A DNA stretch of 64,000 nucleotides from Myxococcales bacterium (GTDB taxonomy: Bacteria; Desulfobacterota; Binatia; HRBIN30), in the NCBI GenBank assembly GCA_037445065.1, contig JBBILD010000016.1, positions 27,296 to 91,295 on the forward strand, written 5' to 3'. Shown in pieces: positions 32,043 through 42,198 of the stretch. The position numbers and the translations under genes are program-made. The notes beneath the pieces were generated by a model, which was not told the origin of the DNA, did not search any database, and saw only the letters and a list, made by a program, of their open reading frames with translations. Every line of letters begins with the position of its first letter. Position 1 is the stretch's first letter.

Positions 32043-32656
32043 GCCAAAAGCGCGCCTAACGCCCGATCACTCCTTGTCAGTCCGGCCGCGGTGGCACCCC
32101 GCCCGTACCAGCCCCGCTGGGGGGCGCCCCGCTGGGACGGGCCTCTTGCCGTCATTTCTCCGCCGGCCGTGCATCGGGGCCGCGGCGGCGAACCGGCACG
32201 AAGGGGTCTTAGAGGTCCGCAAGGGACATTTCGGAGCGCACTCGCGGGCGCCTGTGCAGCGCTGCCGAACCAGCGAGCCGGCGCCGGTCTCGCTTTGCTC
32301 CTTGGCGGCGAGCCGTTCCATCCCTTGGCTGCGCCGGAAGTCGGCGTTCGTTGCACCGGCGCTTGCGCGGCGCGTGTGGAATCGGGAAGGCTGCGCCAGT
32401 CCCCAGAACTCCGGCAAGTGCTCTATTTGTTTTTGGCCACCGTCGGCCGCTGCGATACCGTTGTTTCAACTCACCCCGAGGCGCTCGATGCAAAAGGTTT
32501 TCGCGGCGACTTGCTCCTTGCCAGGCGCGGGTCGGCTGGCGAGCGCGCCCTCGGTTCGTGTGTGCGCCCTGCTTCGATGCCTCGGTCGGCTGCCGAGAGC
32601 GTGGTTCGGTGGAGCGGGCCCTGCCGAGCTTTGAGACGCGTTGCGTGCGGTGCCGG

Positions 32657-33370
32657 CTAAGCGGTTTGTGGGCACGCATCCAGCCAGTCAGCCAGAGCTT
32701 TACGCCCGGCTGCCATCGCCCGTGTTCCTACCTCTCGTGCCGTGCTGCGCAGCGTCCCCGGCTCGATTCCTGCCTGGGCGAGTTCGACTGCGTGCCCAAT
32801 GAGCCAGCTCTCGAAGCGGGTGGCATCCCACTCCGGGTGGAACTGCACGGCCAAGATCGCGTTGCCGAACGTGAACGCTTGCTCGCGGCACAGTTCCGTG
32901 GAAGCGAGGCGGCGCGCTCCGGCTGGCAGGGTGTACGTGTCTCCATGCCAGTGCAGCACAGGGGCGCGCTCGAGCGCAGCGAGTGGGGACGCAAGCCCCT
33001 CCGCAGTCAGGTGCAACGGCGAAAAACCGATTTCCTTGCACCCCATTGGAAACACGCGTCCACCGAGGGTGCGGGCCAGCAACTGCGCTCCTAGGCAAAT
33101 GCCGAGAGTGGGAAGGTTTCTTGCCGCCCGCTGCTCGAGCACGCGCAGCTCTTCCCTGAGAAAGGGGTAGCGGCCCTCCTCGTACGCGCCGATCGGCCCG
33201 CCGAGCACGATGAGCAGATCGGTTTCCGCTCCCGCAAGCCCGGCAAACGAATCGGTGCCCGCCTCGCGGTAACGGAACTCGTAGCCGCGCTCCCGCAGCA
33301 GGGGCGCGAGCAACCCGAGGTCTTCGAACAGTACGTGCCGAATGGCGACCGCGATTTTGGCTGTACGCAT
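32657..33370 (-). CDS. Class I glutamine amidotransferase
   Basis: VLGGPIGAY, GICLGAQ, HWHGD, QFHPE. Confidence 0.92.
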   Translation of the reverse strand: MRTAKIAVAIRHVLFEDLGLLAPLLRERGYEFRYREAGTDSFAGLAGAETDLLIVLGGPIGAYEEGRYPFLREELRVLEQRAARNLPTLGICLGAQLLARTLGGRVFPMGCKEIGFSPLHLTAEGLASPLAALERAPVLHWHGDTYTLPAGARRLASTELCREQAFTFGNAILAVQFHPEWDATRFESWLIGHAVELAQAGIEPGTLRSTAREVGTRAMAAGRKALADWLDACPQTA

Positions 33371-33697
33371 GTCGTAGCCCTCGCCCGGCTCGTTTGTGGC
33401 GCGGATGCCGCCGTTTCCGCAAGTGCCCACTCGACCGAAAGTGGGGGCACAGCGAACCGGCTCTTTGGCGGAGGCTGAGGTGTTGGCGCGACCCGGGGGC
33501 GTACAATTCCGGGCGGGGGGCAAGCCCGATCGCGGGTTCCCGGTTCGCACGGAACCGTGCGAGCCGCTGGAAGAAGCGGGCATCGTCGTTCTGCCGGTGC
33601 TCGCCTACGCTCCCTTACGCGCAGTGCGGCACGGCCGCGAGCGGCAGCGCACCGCGAGGACCCAACGGGGTTTTGCGCCGCTCTGTGCCCCCGGAAA

Positions 33698-33770
33698 AGC
33701 TGGCGGGGAGATTCGAACTCCCGACCTACTGATTACGAATCAGTTGCTCTGCCGACTGAGCTACGCCAGC
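33698..33770 (-). tRNA. tRNA-Thr (anticodon CGT), CCA not encoded
   Basis: GCTGGCGTAGCTCAGTCGGCAGAGCAACTGATTCGTAATCAGTAGGTCGGGAGTTCGAATCTCCCCGCCAGCT folds as a cloverleaf. Confidence 0.97.
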
Positions 33771-33939
33771 ACCGCATGCCACCGCAGAGCTTCCCCGGAT
33801 AACGAAACGCGGTGCGGCCGTCTAGCCCGCAGCCGCTGCGCGTTGCGACGTGCTCGGGCGGCCCTCGTTGTCTGGCGTGAGCCGTTCCCCTGCCTTGCAC
33901 AGTGGGGACAGCGCGCACCTTGCGCGGCCGCGCGGTGGT

Positions 33940-34146
33940 GGGCACGGCAGGCCACCGCCCTGCGTTGCCCATGCACGCGCACACGATCGAAGCACCGTGC
34001 CGGCTGCACCACGGGCGGCCACAAGGGCCGCTTCTACATCGCGAAGGGGGCACGCGTGCCTGTCTGGTGGCACGGTGCCGCGAACACAGGTTGTAGGGGC
34101 AGGCCTTGTGCCTGCCGTGTTGCGCATCGAACCGTATGCGCAAATC
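33940..34146 (-). repeat. Mosaic REP element (REPs 34011-34037 and 34093-34118)
   Basis: Reverse complement aligns with 26141-26300 and 6611-6671. Confidence 0.8.
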
Positions 34147-34190
34147 GGGCCGCGTGCGCCCTGGCGTCCTCGTGGTTCGCAGCGCGTTCG

Positions 34191-34610
34191 CTAACCCTCT
34201 TCCGCGGCGGGCTCGAAGTACGGGAGCCAAATCTCAGGGCTTTCCTGTCGAAACACCACCCGCACGGGCAGGCCGATGCGAATCGCGCCCGGACTGACGT
34301 TGAGCAGGCGGCTCAAGAGCTTGGGTCCCTCGGCCAGGCGCACTTGCACGACCGCGTACGGAACCTGGTCGCGAAAGGCGGGATGGTAGACCTGGTGCAT
34401 GACCACGTAACTCCACACCTCGCCGCGTCCCGACCCTTCCTCCCAGCGGCTTTCCCGCGACCAGCAGCGCGCGCACAGGGGACGCGGCGGAAAGCGGTAC
34501 TGGCCGCACCCAACGCAGCGTTGCAGCATGAGGCGGCCGTGCCGGGCTCCGCTGAAAAACGGTTCCCACTCGGGTGTGATCGCTGGCAGGGGTTTGGCAA
34601 TGGCACTCAC
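34191..34610 (-). CDS. DUF35 Zn-ribbon/OB-fold protein
   Basis: LQRCVGCG..FPPRPLCARC, PYAVVQVRLAEGP. Confidence 0.9.
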   Translation of the reverse strand: MSAIAKPLPAITPEWEPFFSGARHGRLMLQRCVGCGQYRFPPRPLCARCWSRESRWEEGSGRGEVWSYVVMHQVYHPAFRDQVPYAVVQVRLAEGPKLLSRLLNVSPGAIRIGLPVRVVFRQESPEIWLPYFEPAAEEG

Positions 34611-34614
34611 GGCG

Positions 34615-35793
34615 TTACCTCTCGCGGCCCAAGATCAAGGTGGAATGGGTGGAGAGCACGCCACCGTTGCCGCTCACCAGCGCAAAACGTGCTCCCAGGA
34701 CCTGCCGCTCGCCGCCTTCGCCGCGCAGTTGGATCACGGCTTCGGAAAGTGGCGTCATGCCCCACATGTAAAACGACGAGAGCTGCCCGCCTCCGGTATT
34801 CACCGGCAACCTGCCACCCGGTGCGGTGTGGCCGGCCGCTATGAACGGCCCTGCTTCTCCTTTGCTGGTAAATCCGTAGTCCTCGAGCGTGATAAGGACC
34901 GTAAACGTATAGCAATCGTAGAGCTCGACCACGTCCAGGTCTTCGAGTTCGAGACCCGCCATAGCCAGCGCCGGCTCCTTGCACAAAGCTGCACCGGAAA
35001 CCAGCGTCTCGCTTACGTCGCCTCCCGGGTGCCCCTGTGCCATCCCGAGGATGTACACCGGGGGGCGCGGCAGATCCCGCGCCCGCTCGGCGCTGGTGAC
35101 CACCACGGCCAGTCCGCCGTTCGAGACGAGACAACAGTCGTAGAGGTGAAACGGCTCCACCACCCAGCGGGAGCGGTGGTAGTCTTCGAGGGTGAGCGGC
35201 TGGCCGAACATTTGTGCCTGCGGGTTGCGATTCGCCCAAGCCCGCTGTGCCACGGCCACCGCACCCAGATGGTCTTGCGTGAGGCCGTACACGTGCATGT
35301 AGCGGCGCGCCAGCAGCGCGTACTGGGCGTTGACACCGAAGAAGCCATACGCGGCATCGAAGCCGCGCGCAAAGGCGTAGGCCGAGGCCGAGGAAGCCGA
35401 GCGTTCTTTTTCAGGCCGCGGCGGCTTGAGCGGTGCATCGGAAAACACGCACACCACCACCGAACACAGGCCCGCCGCTACCGCCTGCACAGCGTGCTGC
35501 ACCATCGCTCCTGCCGTGGCACCACCCAAGTTCATGGTCGCCTGCAGGCGGAGGTTGCGCAGCCCGAGCGCTTGCTGCAGTTGGAACGAGCCCATGCTCG
35601 CCTCGCCCCAACTGAGGCCTGGATTGAGCAGCAGCCCGTCCACCTCCTCTCGCCCGAGCCCGCAGTCCGCCAGGGCAAGTTGCACGGCTTCGGCGGCAAA
35701 GCCCACGTGATTGGTGTGGAACACCTTGCCCTGGGCGGTGATTCCCAAACCGACAATCGCCGCTGCACCGCGCAACTGCCTCTCGACGCGCAT
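34615..35793 (-). CDS. SCP-x-type thiolase-superfamily protein, likely Ltp2-like aldolase
   Basis: DCCLVSNG, ELYDCYTF, NTGGGQLS; canonical catalytic Cys and His absent. Confidence 0.85.
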   Translation of the reverse strand: MRVERQLRGAAAIVGLGITAQGKVFHTNHVGFAAEAVQLALADCGLGREEVDGLLLNPGLSWGEASMGSFQLQQALGLRNLRLQATMNLGGATAGAMVQHAVQAVAAGLCSVVVCVFSDAPLKPPRPEKERSASSASAYAFARGFDAAYGFFGVNAQYALLARRYMHVYGLTQDHLGAVAVAQRAWANRNPQAQMFGQPLTLEDYHRSRWVVEPFHLYDCCLVSNGGLAVVVTSAERARDLPRPPVYILGMAQGHPGGDVSETLVSGAALCKEPALAMAGLELEDLDVVELYDCYTFTVLITLEDYGFTSKGEAGPFIAAGHTAPGGRLPVNTGGGQLSSFYMWGMTPLSEAVIQLRGEGGERQVLGARFALVSGNGGVLSTHSTLILGRER

Positions 35794-35903
35794 CGTCCCC
35801 TGCCTGGCACGGTTGCGAGGTTAAAGAAAGGGCCCGCAAAGCCCCTTGTCGGTTCTTCCCGCTTGTGGTGGGATACGGTTGTTTTGCCCGCAGGAGGGAC
35901 GGC

Positions 35904-36716
35904 ATGCCGCAGGTGGACGTCGGAGACGGGATCGCACTGTACTACGAACTCTACGATTTTACCGAGCCTTGGAAAGCAGGGCCGCCACCGATTCTCTTCT
36001 TGCACGGCTTGGGGGGCGACCGGCGCATGTGGAATGACCAAGTGCCGGTCTTTAGCGGCCAGTACCCAACGCTAGTGGTGGATCTGCGCGGCCACGGCCG
36101 CTCGACCCGCCCCGCTGCCGACTTCACTGTGGCCGACATGGCTCGCGACGTTTTGCGCCTCACCCGCACGGTGGGCATTGAGCGCGCGCATGTGGTGGGC
36201 CTGTCCATGGGCGGAGTGGTGGCGCAACAGCTCGCGCTCGATTTCCCGCCGGTGATCGCCTCGCTCGTCCTTTGCGACACGTTTAGCGCCATCCCTGCCG
36301 AACTCGCCCCTATGGCTCGCGAGGCGCTGGCGTTCATCGAGACGCACGACATGAGCGAGGTGGCGCGCACACGGATCAGCTTGGCGTTTTCCGATCACGC
36401 GGACCCGGCCATGCGCGAGTACTGGATTGAGCAAGTGGCGAAGAACGATAAAGAGACCTACCTGCGCGCTGCACGGGCGACGTTTGCCTTCTCGAGCCAG
36501 GGGCGGCTCGCCGCGTTGCGGGTGCCGGCCCTGGTGGTGGTCGGCGAGGAGGATCGGGTGACGCCGCCAGCGCTGGCGCACGAGTTGGCACAACGGATCG
36601 CGGGCGCCAAGCTTGCCACCATCCCGCGCGCTGGCCACATTAGCAACGCGGAAAACCCCGAGGCGTTCAACCGAACACTCGCCGAGTTTCTGGCCGCGGC
36701 TTCGCCGCGCTGGTGA
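35904..36716 (+). CDS. Alpha/beta hydrolase (PcaD-like)
   Basis: LHGLG, DLRGHG, GLSMGG, GEED, AGH. Confidence 0.9.
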   Translation: MPQVDVGDGIALYYELYDFTEPWKAGPPPILFLHGLGGDRRMWNDQVPVFSGQYPTLVVDLRGHGRSTRPAADFTVADMARDVLRLTRTVGIERAHVVGLSMGGVVAQQLALDFPPVIASLVLCDTFSAIPAELAPMAREALAFIETHDMSEVARTRISLAFSDHADPAMREYWIEQVAKNDKETYLRAARATFAFSSQGRLAALRVPALVVVGEEDRVTPPALAHELAQRIAGAKLATIPRAGHISNAENPEAFNRTLAEFLAAASPRW

Positions 36717-36748
36717 GGGGCGGTCGGCGCTGCGCTGCCCGCGATGCC

Positions 36749-37570
36749 TCACCACAAGAGGCGAAGCGCCAACAGGACTGGCACGCCACCGTAGTAGGCG
36801 AGCTGGCAGCAGCGCTCGGCGATCTGCCGGCACACCGCCGCCGGCAGCGAGGCCAGAGTGGCGACATAGGCAACCGCTTCGACCACACTGCGCCAGAGCC
36901 CGGCATACAAGATCAAGTAGGCAACGACCGTGAGGTAGTACTCGAGCCACGTGCGCAGGTAAGCCAGCGGCCCGCGCAAGAAATACTCTCCCCAAAAGCC
37001 CCCGTAGGCGATGTTTTGGTGCAGGGAAAAGGCGACCAGAGCCGGGCCGAGTGCAAAGGCGGCAAACTTGCCGAGGTAGTGGTGCCAACGCCACGAGGAG
37101 AGCCGAGAGCGCGCCAGCGCAAACGCCAGCGCGCGCGCTCGCAAGGGCGAGAGTTCCGGCACGAGCCAGCGGCGGGTGAGCCCTTCGTCAGGCGATTCGA
37201 GCCGCTCGCGCAACCTGCGCCCCGAGCGCAGGCGCAGGGTGCAGCCGCAAGCGGGCAGCGGCACCAACCAGGGCTCCAAGCCGGCGATTGCCGCCGCCGG
37301 TACTTGCACCTCGCGGCGGGCAAAACGCAACACCAGGCCCTCCTGGCTGGCCTCGATGCGCACCTGGAAGCGGCGGCGCAGCAGCCACTCCACCACGAAC
37401 GGGAGGGCGACGAAAACTGCGAACTGGCGGGCGAGAAGCGGTGGGGTGACGGGCGGATCGGTGGCCAGCAGCACGTGAAGGGAAACCAGCCACACCCCGG
37501 CGAAGCGGGCCACGAGGCAGGTGGCCAGGGCAAGTCGGGCCCAGGCGGGGTAAGCAAACCCGCTGTGCAC
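36749..37570 (-). CDS. Hypothetical membrane protein (start uncertain)
   Basis: Several TM segments; LHQNIAYGGFWGEY motif; follows mutL. Confidence 0.65.
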   Translation of the reverse strand: MHSGFAYPAWARLALATCLVARFAGVWLVSLHVLLATDPPVTPPLLARQFAVFVALPFVVEWLLRRRFQVRIEASQEGLVLRFARREVQVPAAAIAGLEPWLVPLPACGCTLRLRSGRRLRERLESPDEGLTRRWLVPELSPLRARALAFALARSRLSSWRWHHYLGKFAAFALGPALVAFSLHQNIAYGGFWGEYFLRGPLAYLRTWLEYYLTVVAYLILYAGLWRSVVEAVAYVATLASLPAAVCRQIAERCCQLAYYGGVPVLLALRLLW

Positions 37571-37635
37571 AAGCGGCGCGCTTCGGTCGCTCTCCAACCT
37601 CTCCGTGCTCGCAGCCACGGTGGGGGGCGGTTGCG

Positions 37636-39441
37636 CTAAATGCGGCGGAACAACCGCTCGAGTTCCGCCCGCGGCCAGCGCAAGAACGCCGGCCGGCCAT
37701 GCGGGCAGTTGCCAGGGAAATCTGCTTCGTCCATCGCCTGCAACAGGGCAGTGAACTGTTCGTGGCTGAGTTGCTGCCCGACCCGCACCGCACTGTGGCA
37801 AGCAAGCCGCGAGAGGACGCGGTCGAGCGCCTCCTGTACCGCACGCGTGGTCTCGAGTTCGAGGAGTTCCTCCGCCAAATCGCGCACCAGGATGGCCGGG
37901 TCGGTCTCGGCCAGCATCGCCGGTACCGTGCGCACGAGCACGGCTGAGTCTCCGAACGACTCGAGTTCGAAACCGAGCGCTTCGACCTCGGCCGCCCGCT
38001 CCTCGAGACGGGCGCGGGCGGCAGCGCCCACTTCCACGACGCTCGCCGTGAGCAAGTGCTGGCGCGGCAGGCTGCCGCTGGCGTAGGAGCGGCGCAGCCG
38101 CTCGAACACCACCCGCTCGTGCGCAGCGTGCTGGTCGATCAAGAAGAGTTCATCGCGCCCTTCGCACACCCAGTAGCCCTCGAACACCTGCCCGATCACG
38201 CGCAGCGCCGCAAAGCGCGCCCCACGCTGGACAGCCCGTGGCAGCGTCCCATCCCCGAGCTGCGGGCGCGCCGCACTCCGCCACGGCGGGTGTAGAACCC
38301 AGGTCGGCACCGCCTCTGTAGAGCGAACCGGGGTGACCGACAGGGGAGGCAGTTGCGCTGGCGCGGGCTCGGCCTCTGCCTCCGGGTACGCAAGGGTGCG
38401 AGCGCGCAGCGCCTCTTGCACGGCGCGCATCAGAAGATCGTGCACGGCACCAGCGCGACGAAAGCGCACCTCGGTCTTGGCGGGGTGGACATTGACGTCC
38501 ACCTCGCTGGGCTCGACTTCCACGAACACCACGGCAGCAGGGTACCGCCCGTGCATGAGCAGCGTGCTGTAGCCAGCAGTCAGAGCGTGCACCAAAAACT
38601 TGTCGCGCACTGTGCGGCCGTTGACGTAGGTGAATACCTGGCGCGGCGATGGAAGAGTGAGGTGCGGATCGGTGAGGAACCCCCACACCCGTCCCCAGCC
38701 GCGCGCTTCGGCCGCAAAGGGCACCATCAAGGCGGCGCGGTCGCGCCCGAACACTTGCGCCAGACGCTCCTCTGCTTTGCTGCTCGCCGGGAAGTCGAGC
38801 AGGGTGCGGTTGCCGTGCTTGAGGACAAAAGAAACCCGCGGGTAGGCCAGCGCAAAGCGCGTCACCGTTTCGCTCACGTGACCGACTTCGGTCGCGGGTG
38901 CCTTCAAAAATTTCCGCCGGGCGGGAACGTTGCCGAACAGGTCGGTGACCTCCACGCGCGTGCCCGGCGGAGCGCCGACACTCCTCACTTCCACCACCTC
39001 GCCGCCCCGCACCACGACGCGGCTCCCTGCGAGTTCCTCGCGCCGCCGGCTGACGAGCGTCGTGGTGGACACCGCACCGATACTGGCCAGAGCCTCGCCG
39101 CGAAAACCGAGGGTGGTGATGTGCTGCAGGTCCTCGACGCGGCGGATCTTGCTGGTGGCGTGGCGGCGAAAGGCACAGCGCGCGTCTTCCTCGCTCATGC
39201 CTTCGCCGTCATCACTCACGGCAATCAGCCCCAAGCCCGCATCTTCGAGTTCGATGCGGATGTGCACGGCGCCGGCATCGAGGGAATTTTCCACCAGCTC
39301 TTTGACCACCGAGGCCGGCCGCTCCACCACCTCCCCAGCGGCGATTTGTTGCACCACCTCGGCTGGTAGCACCTGCACGCGCCGCGCCTGTCCGGCCGGC
39401 AGTGCGGAACGCTCTCTCACCCAAAACTCTGGCTCGCTCAT
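37636..39441 (-). CDS. mutL: DNA mismatch repair endonuclease MutL
   Basis: IAAGEVVERPASVVKELVENSLDAGA, GFRGEAL, DQHAAHER, CPHGRP. Confidence 0.97.
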   Translation of the reverse strand: MSEPEFWVRERSALPAGQARRVQVLPAEVVQQIAAGEVVERPASVVKELVENSLDAGAVHIRIELEDAGLGLIAVSDDGEGMSEEDARCAFRRHATSKIRRVEDLQHITTLGFRGEALASIGAVSTTTLVSRRREELAGSRVVVRGGEVVEVRSVGAPPGTRVEVTDLFGNVPARRKFLKAPATEVGHVSETVTRFALAYPRVSFVLKHGNRTLLDFPASSKAEERLAQVFGRDRAALMVPFAAEARGWGRVWGFLTDPHLTLPSPRQVFTYVNGRTVRDKFLVHALTAGYSTLLMHGRYPAAVVFVEVEPSEVDVNVHPAKTEVRFRRAGAVHDLLMRAVQEALRARTLAYPEAEAEPAPAQLPPLSVTPVRSTEAVPTWVLHPPWRSAARPQLGDGTLPRAVQRGARFAALRVIGQVFEGYWVCEGRDELFLIDQHAAHERVVFERLRRSYASGSLPRQHLLTASVVEVGAAARARLEERAAEVEALGFELESFGDSAVLVRTVPAMLAETDPAILVRDLAEELLELETTRAVQEALDRVLSRLACHSAVRVGQQLSHEQFTALLQAMDEADFPGNCPHGRPAFLRWPRAELERLFRRI

Positions 39442-39473
39442 CTGGTGCGGTACGTTGACCCTGCGGTTGCTCG

Positions 39474-40835
39474 TTACACGACCCACTCTGGCTGCTCGCG
39501 CAGCAGCCCTCCCCCTTCCGCGGCCACATCCTCGAGTCCTTTACGCCCAAGCATGGCGAGGAGCAAGCGCCGGTACTCGTCCGCCACCGGTTGCCGGAAC
39601 GGATCGAGGCCGTAGAGTGCCGCCAGATACAACACCACCATTTGCCACAGGTAGAGCAGTTGGCCCACGGTAAACGGGTTCACTTGCGGCACACGCAAGC
39701 GTACGAACGGGCGCCGGTGCTGGCGCAACAGCAGGCCCAGTGCGTGCGCCCGCTCGGCCATTACTTCGCCGAGGCTTTTCCCTCCCAAGTAGGCAAGCGC
39801 TTCCAAGTCTGCGTAAGCTGCGGCCAGCGGCAGCTCCCGCCCGTGATCCTCGACGGTGAGCAGCACGCTCAGCACCGCACCAGCGCCACCCGCCGCCAGT
39901 TGCGCTGCCAAGGCGCAGTCCCAACCAGGCCGCGCCACCGGTAGCCAGGGAACGACCACGGGTGCCCCTCCCGGAGTCTCCTCACGCCGCACCGCCTCCA
40001 CCCACAGCTCACCCGCCCAGGCAGCGAGCCCCGCAAGGCGGGTAGAGAACGGCAGACAGAAAAGGCCGCTCACCCGATGCTGCCGCTCGAGTACGAAGCT
40101 CACCGCAGCGAGCAGCGCGGCTGGGTTTCGCCACGGGTCTTTCCCCGCGCAGCGCTGCTCCATCCACTGCGCACCGGCCAGCACCTCATCGATGCGCACG
40201 CCCAAGACCGCGGCGGGAAACAAGGCCGCCGCCGTCAACACGGCAAAGCGATCGGCCACACCTGCGGGCAGCGCCAGCGAGCGAAACCCCTCGTCATGCA
40301 CGATTTGCCGCAAGGCGCCTTGGTCGGCATCGGTGGTGACGACCAAGCGCTCGGTGTAGTCCACCCCCCCCAACTCGCGCAGCAGCAAATCGCGCAGGAG
40401 GAGAAACTGGGCGAGGGTTTCCGGCGTCTCGCCCGATTTGCTCACCAAGTGGAAAACGGTGCGCTGCAGGTCGAAGCGCTCGAGGCACAGGCTCAGCGAG
40501 TGAGGATCCACGTGATCCAGGAACTGGAGCCGGGCTCCGTCTGGGCAAAGAGCCTCGAGTAGCGCGCGGCTCGCGAGCGCCGTACCCCCGGCACCGACCA
40601 CCACCAGCGTTTCGCAACCCTCGCGCACCCGGTCTGCCAACGCGCGCACCGCCTGCCAGGCCTGCCGGTCCTCGATGCTGCTCAGGCAGGGAAGCTCGCC
40701 GGCTTGGCGGCGGCGCTGCAAGAGCTCGGTGAGGCCAGCCAGTTGGCTAGCCACGGCCTCGAGTTCGCGCCGCTCGAGCAGCCACGCCTCGTGCGTTTGT
40801 GCCACCGCCCCGCTCAAGTCCACCCGCACGCTCAT
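39474..40835 (-). CDS. Glucose-6-phosphate isomerase-like protein with degenerate active site
   Basis: SKSGETPET, VTTDADQGALR, DRFAVLT, DPFRQP; catalytic motifs altered. Confidence 0.8.
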   Translation of the reverse strand: MSVRVDLSGAVAQTHEAWLLERRELEAVASQLAGLTELLQRRRQAGELPCLSSIEDRQAWQAVRALADRVREGCETLVVVGAGGTALASRALLEALCPDGARLQFLDHVDPHSLSLCLERFDLQRTVFHLVSKSGETPETLAQFLLLRDLLLRELGGVDYTERLVVTTDADQGALRQIVHDEGFRSLALPAGVADRFAVLTAAALFPAAVLGVRIDEVLAGAQWMEQRCAGKDPWRNPAALLAAVSFVLERQHRVSGLFCLPFSTRLAGLAAWAGELWVEAVRREETPGGAPVVVPWLPVARPGWDCALAAQLAAGGAGAVLSVLLTVEDHGRELPLAAAYADLEALAYLGGKSLGEVMAERAHALGLLLRQHRRPFVRLRVPQVNPFTVGQLLYLWQMVVLYLAALYGLDPFRQPVADEYRRLLLAMLGRKGLEDVAAEGGGLLREQPEWVV

Positions 40836-41401
40836 GGCCTCGCGTGCAGAGCGCCGCCGATAATCTGGCATGGGTCGAAACGGTAACACCGGGGGAAAGA
40901 GCTTGGCAAGCAACGCCTCGACCGGTGTGAACCGCGCAGCTCGCCGATCCCTAGCTGCAGGGGTTTGGCTTCTGGCAGGTGGCGTGGCAGCGTGGCTCGG
41001 AGATCACGGGTCTCCTGGAGATGCGCGCTCCGCCCTGAGGATCAACTGCGCGGCGCCTCGCCATCGGAGCGTGGTGGCTGCTGTATGGCGGTGACGATCT
41101 GGGAGAGCATGGCGCTCAAGGTTGGGCCGCCACCGTGCGCGGGATGGTACGCGGACGTTTCGCTTCCCGGTGGGAAGAGGGGTCGGGGAAGCCATGCCCG
41201 CTCTTTTGCCTCCTGTTCTGGCAGCGAAAGGACCGCCGACATCGGTTGCGCCTCTGCGCATGGAGCTGTCGCCATCCGAGCAACGACAAGGCCCGGCTTA
41301 CTTCGCAGTAAGACGCCCCAGTCATCCGGGAAACAAGCGGCTCATCTACCGGGAGCGGACGCTTTGCGAGTCGCCGTAGCCTTGCGCCCGACGGGGCGGC
41401 C

Positions 41402-41743
41402 TCAGCTCGAGCTTACAACCGGGCGCGGACGAGGCAGCTCTTCTCCGCAAGCTTCCGCTTTTACGTTGCCACCGGGGAGGAGCCGAGTTTCGGTGGCAAG
41501 CACGCGGGCAAAGCGCGGGCTTTGGTGTTCGATCTGGGCAAGCTCCTCGCGCCTATAGACCAGTACCTCGCAGCCGATCCCCGTACCGGCAAAAAAGCGG
41601 GCCGAGTCGGCACTGCGGTCGAGAAACGGTTTGGATGCTCTGCGCACGATGACGACGATGTCGGCTTCGCTGCCTGGGCTTGCCTCGCCGCGGCCGAGCG
41701 AGCCGAACAAGAGTACCTCTCCCACCTCTTCGTTGGCCTTCAC
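41402..41743 (-). pseudogene. Minimal nucleotidyltransferase (MNT), probably 5'-damaged
   Basis: LFGSLGRG..PGSEADIVV; in-frame N-terminus missing. Confidence 0.65.
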
Positions 41744-41799
41744 GAGTTCTTGCGCCCGCCGCCCGAGTTCTCGGAGAAGAGCTGCTGCGTGAACACGGA

Positions 41800-41890
41800 A
41801 GACGCGTTCGTTACCTCCGCCATCCGATTCTTCGACAAGAAGGGCCTCCGCATTGGCAATGGCACGCTCGGCCTCCGCTTGCCGTCACGC
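41800..41890 (-). pseudogene. Possible HEPN C-terminal remnant
   Basis: EAERAIANAEALL directly upstream of the MNT. Confidence 0.4.
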
Positions 41891-42198
41891 GCCCCGTGCG
41901 CGGGTTGCCATGCGTGCTCGGTTCGCCGAGGCTACTGTAGCGTGCCCGCGCTCCGTACTGACCCTCCATCTTCGCGGGCACGCGGGAAAGCAACCCTCGG
42001 TCAATGCGGCGCCGCCGCGAGTTCAGATGGCGCCCCTGGTCCGGACCTGGGTCGCGAGTCCGAAACACGCGCCGCAGTCCTGGCGCCGTTTTCCCGCTGA
42101 TGCCACGGGCCCAAGGGGCGGAGAACACGCGGCTGTTCCTCGGTGCAGCCGCCAGGGGCCTTGCGTACACGGAAACAAACCACCAAGGGAAGGGGACC

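Noticed and set aside
25850..33697. Integrative element at the tRNA-Thr 3' end
   Set aside because: No integrase and no duplicate of the tRNA 3' end found by eye
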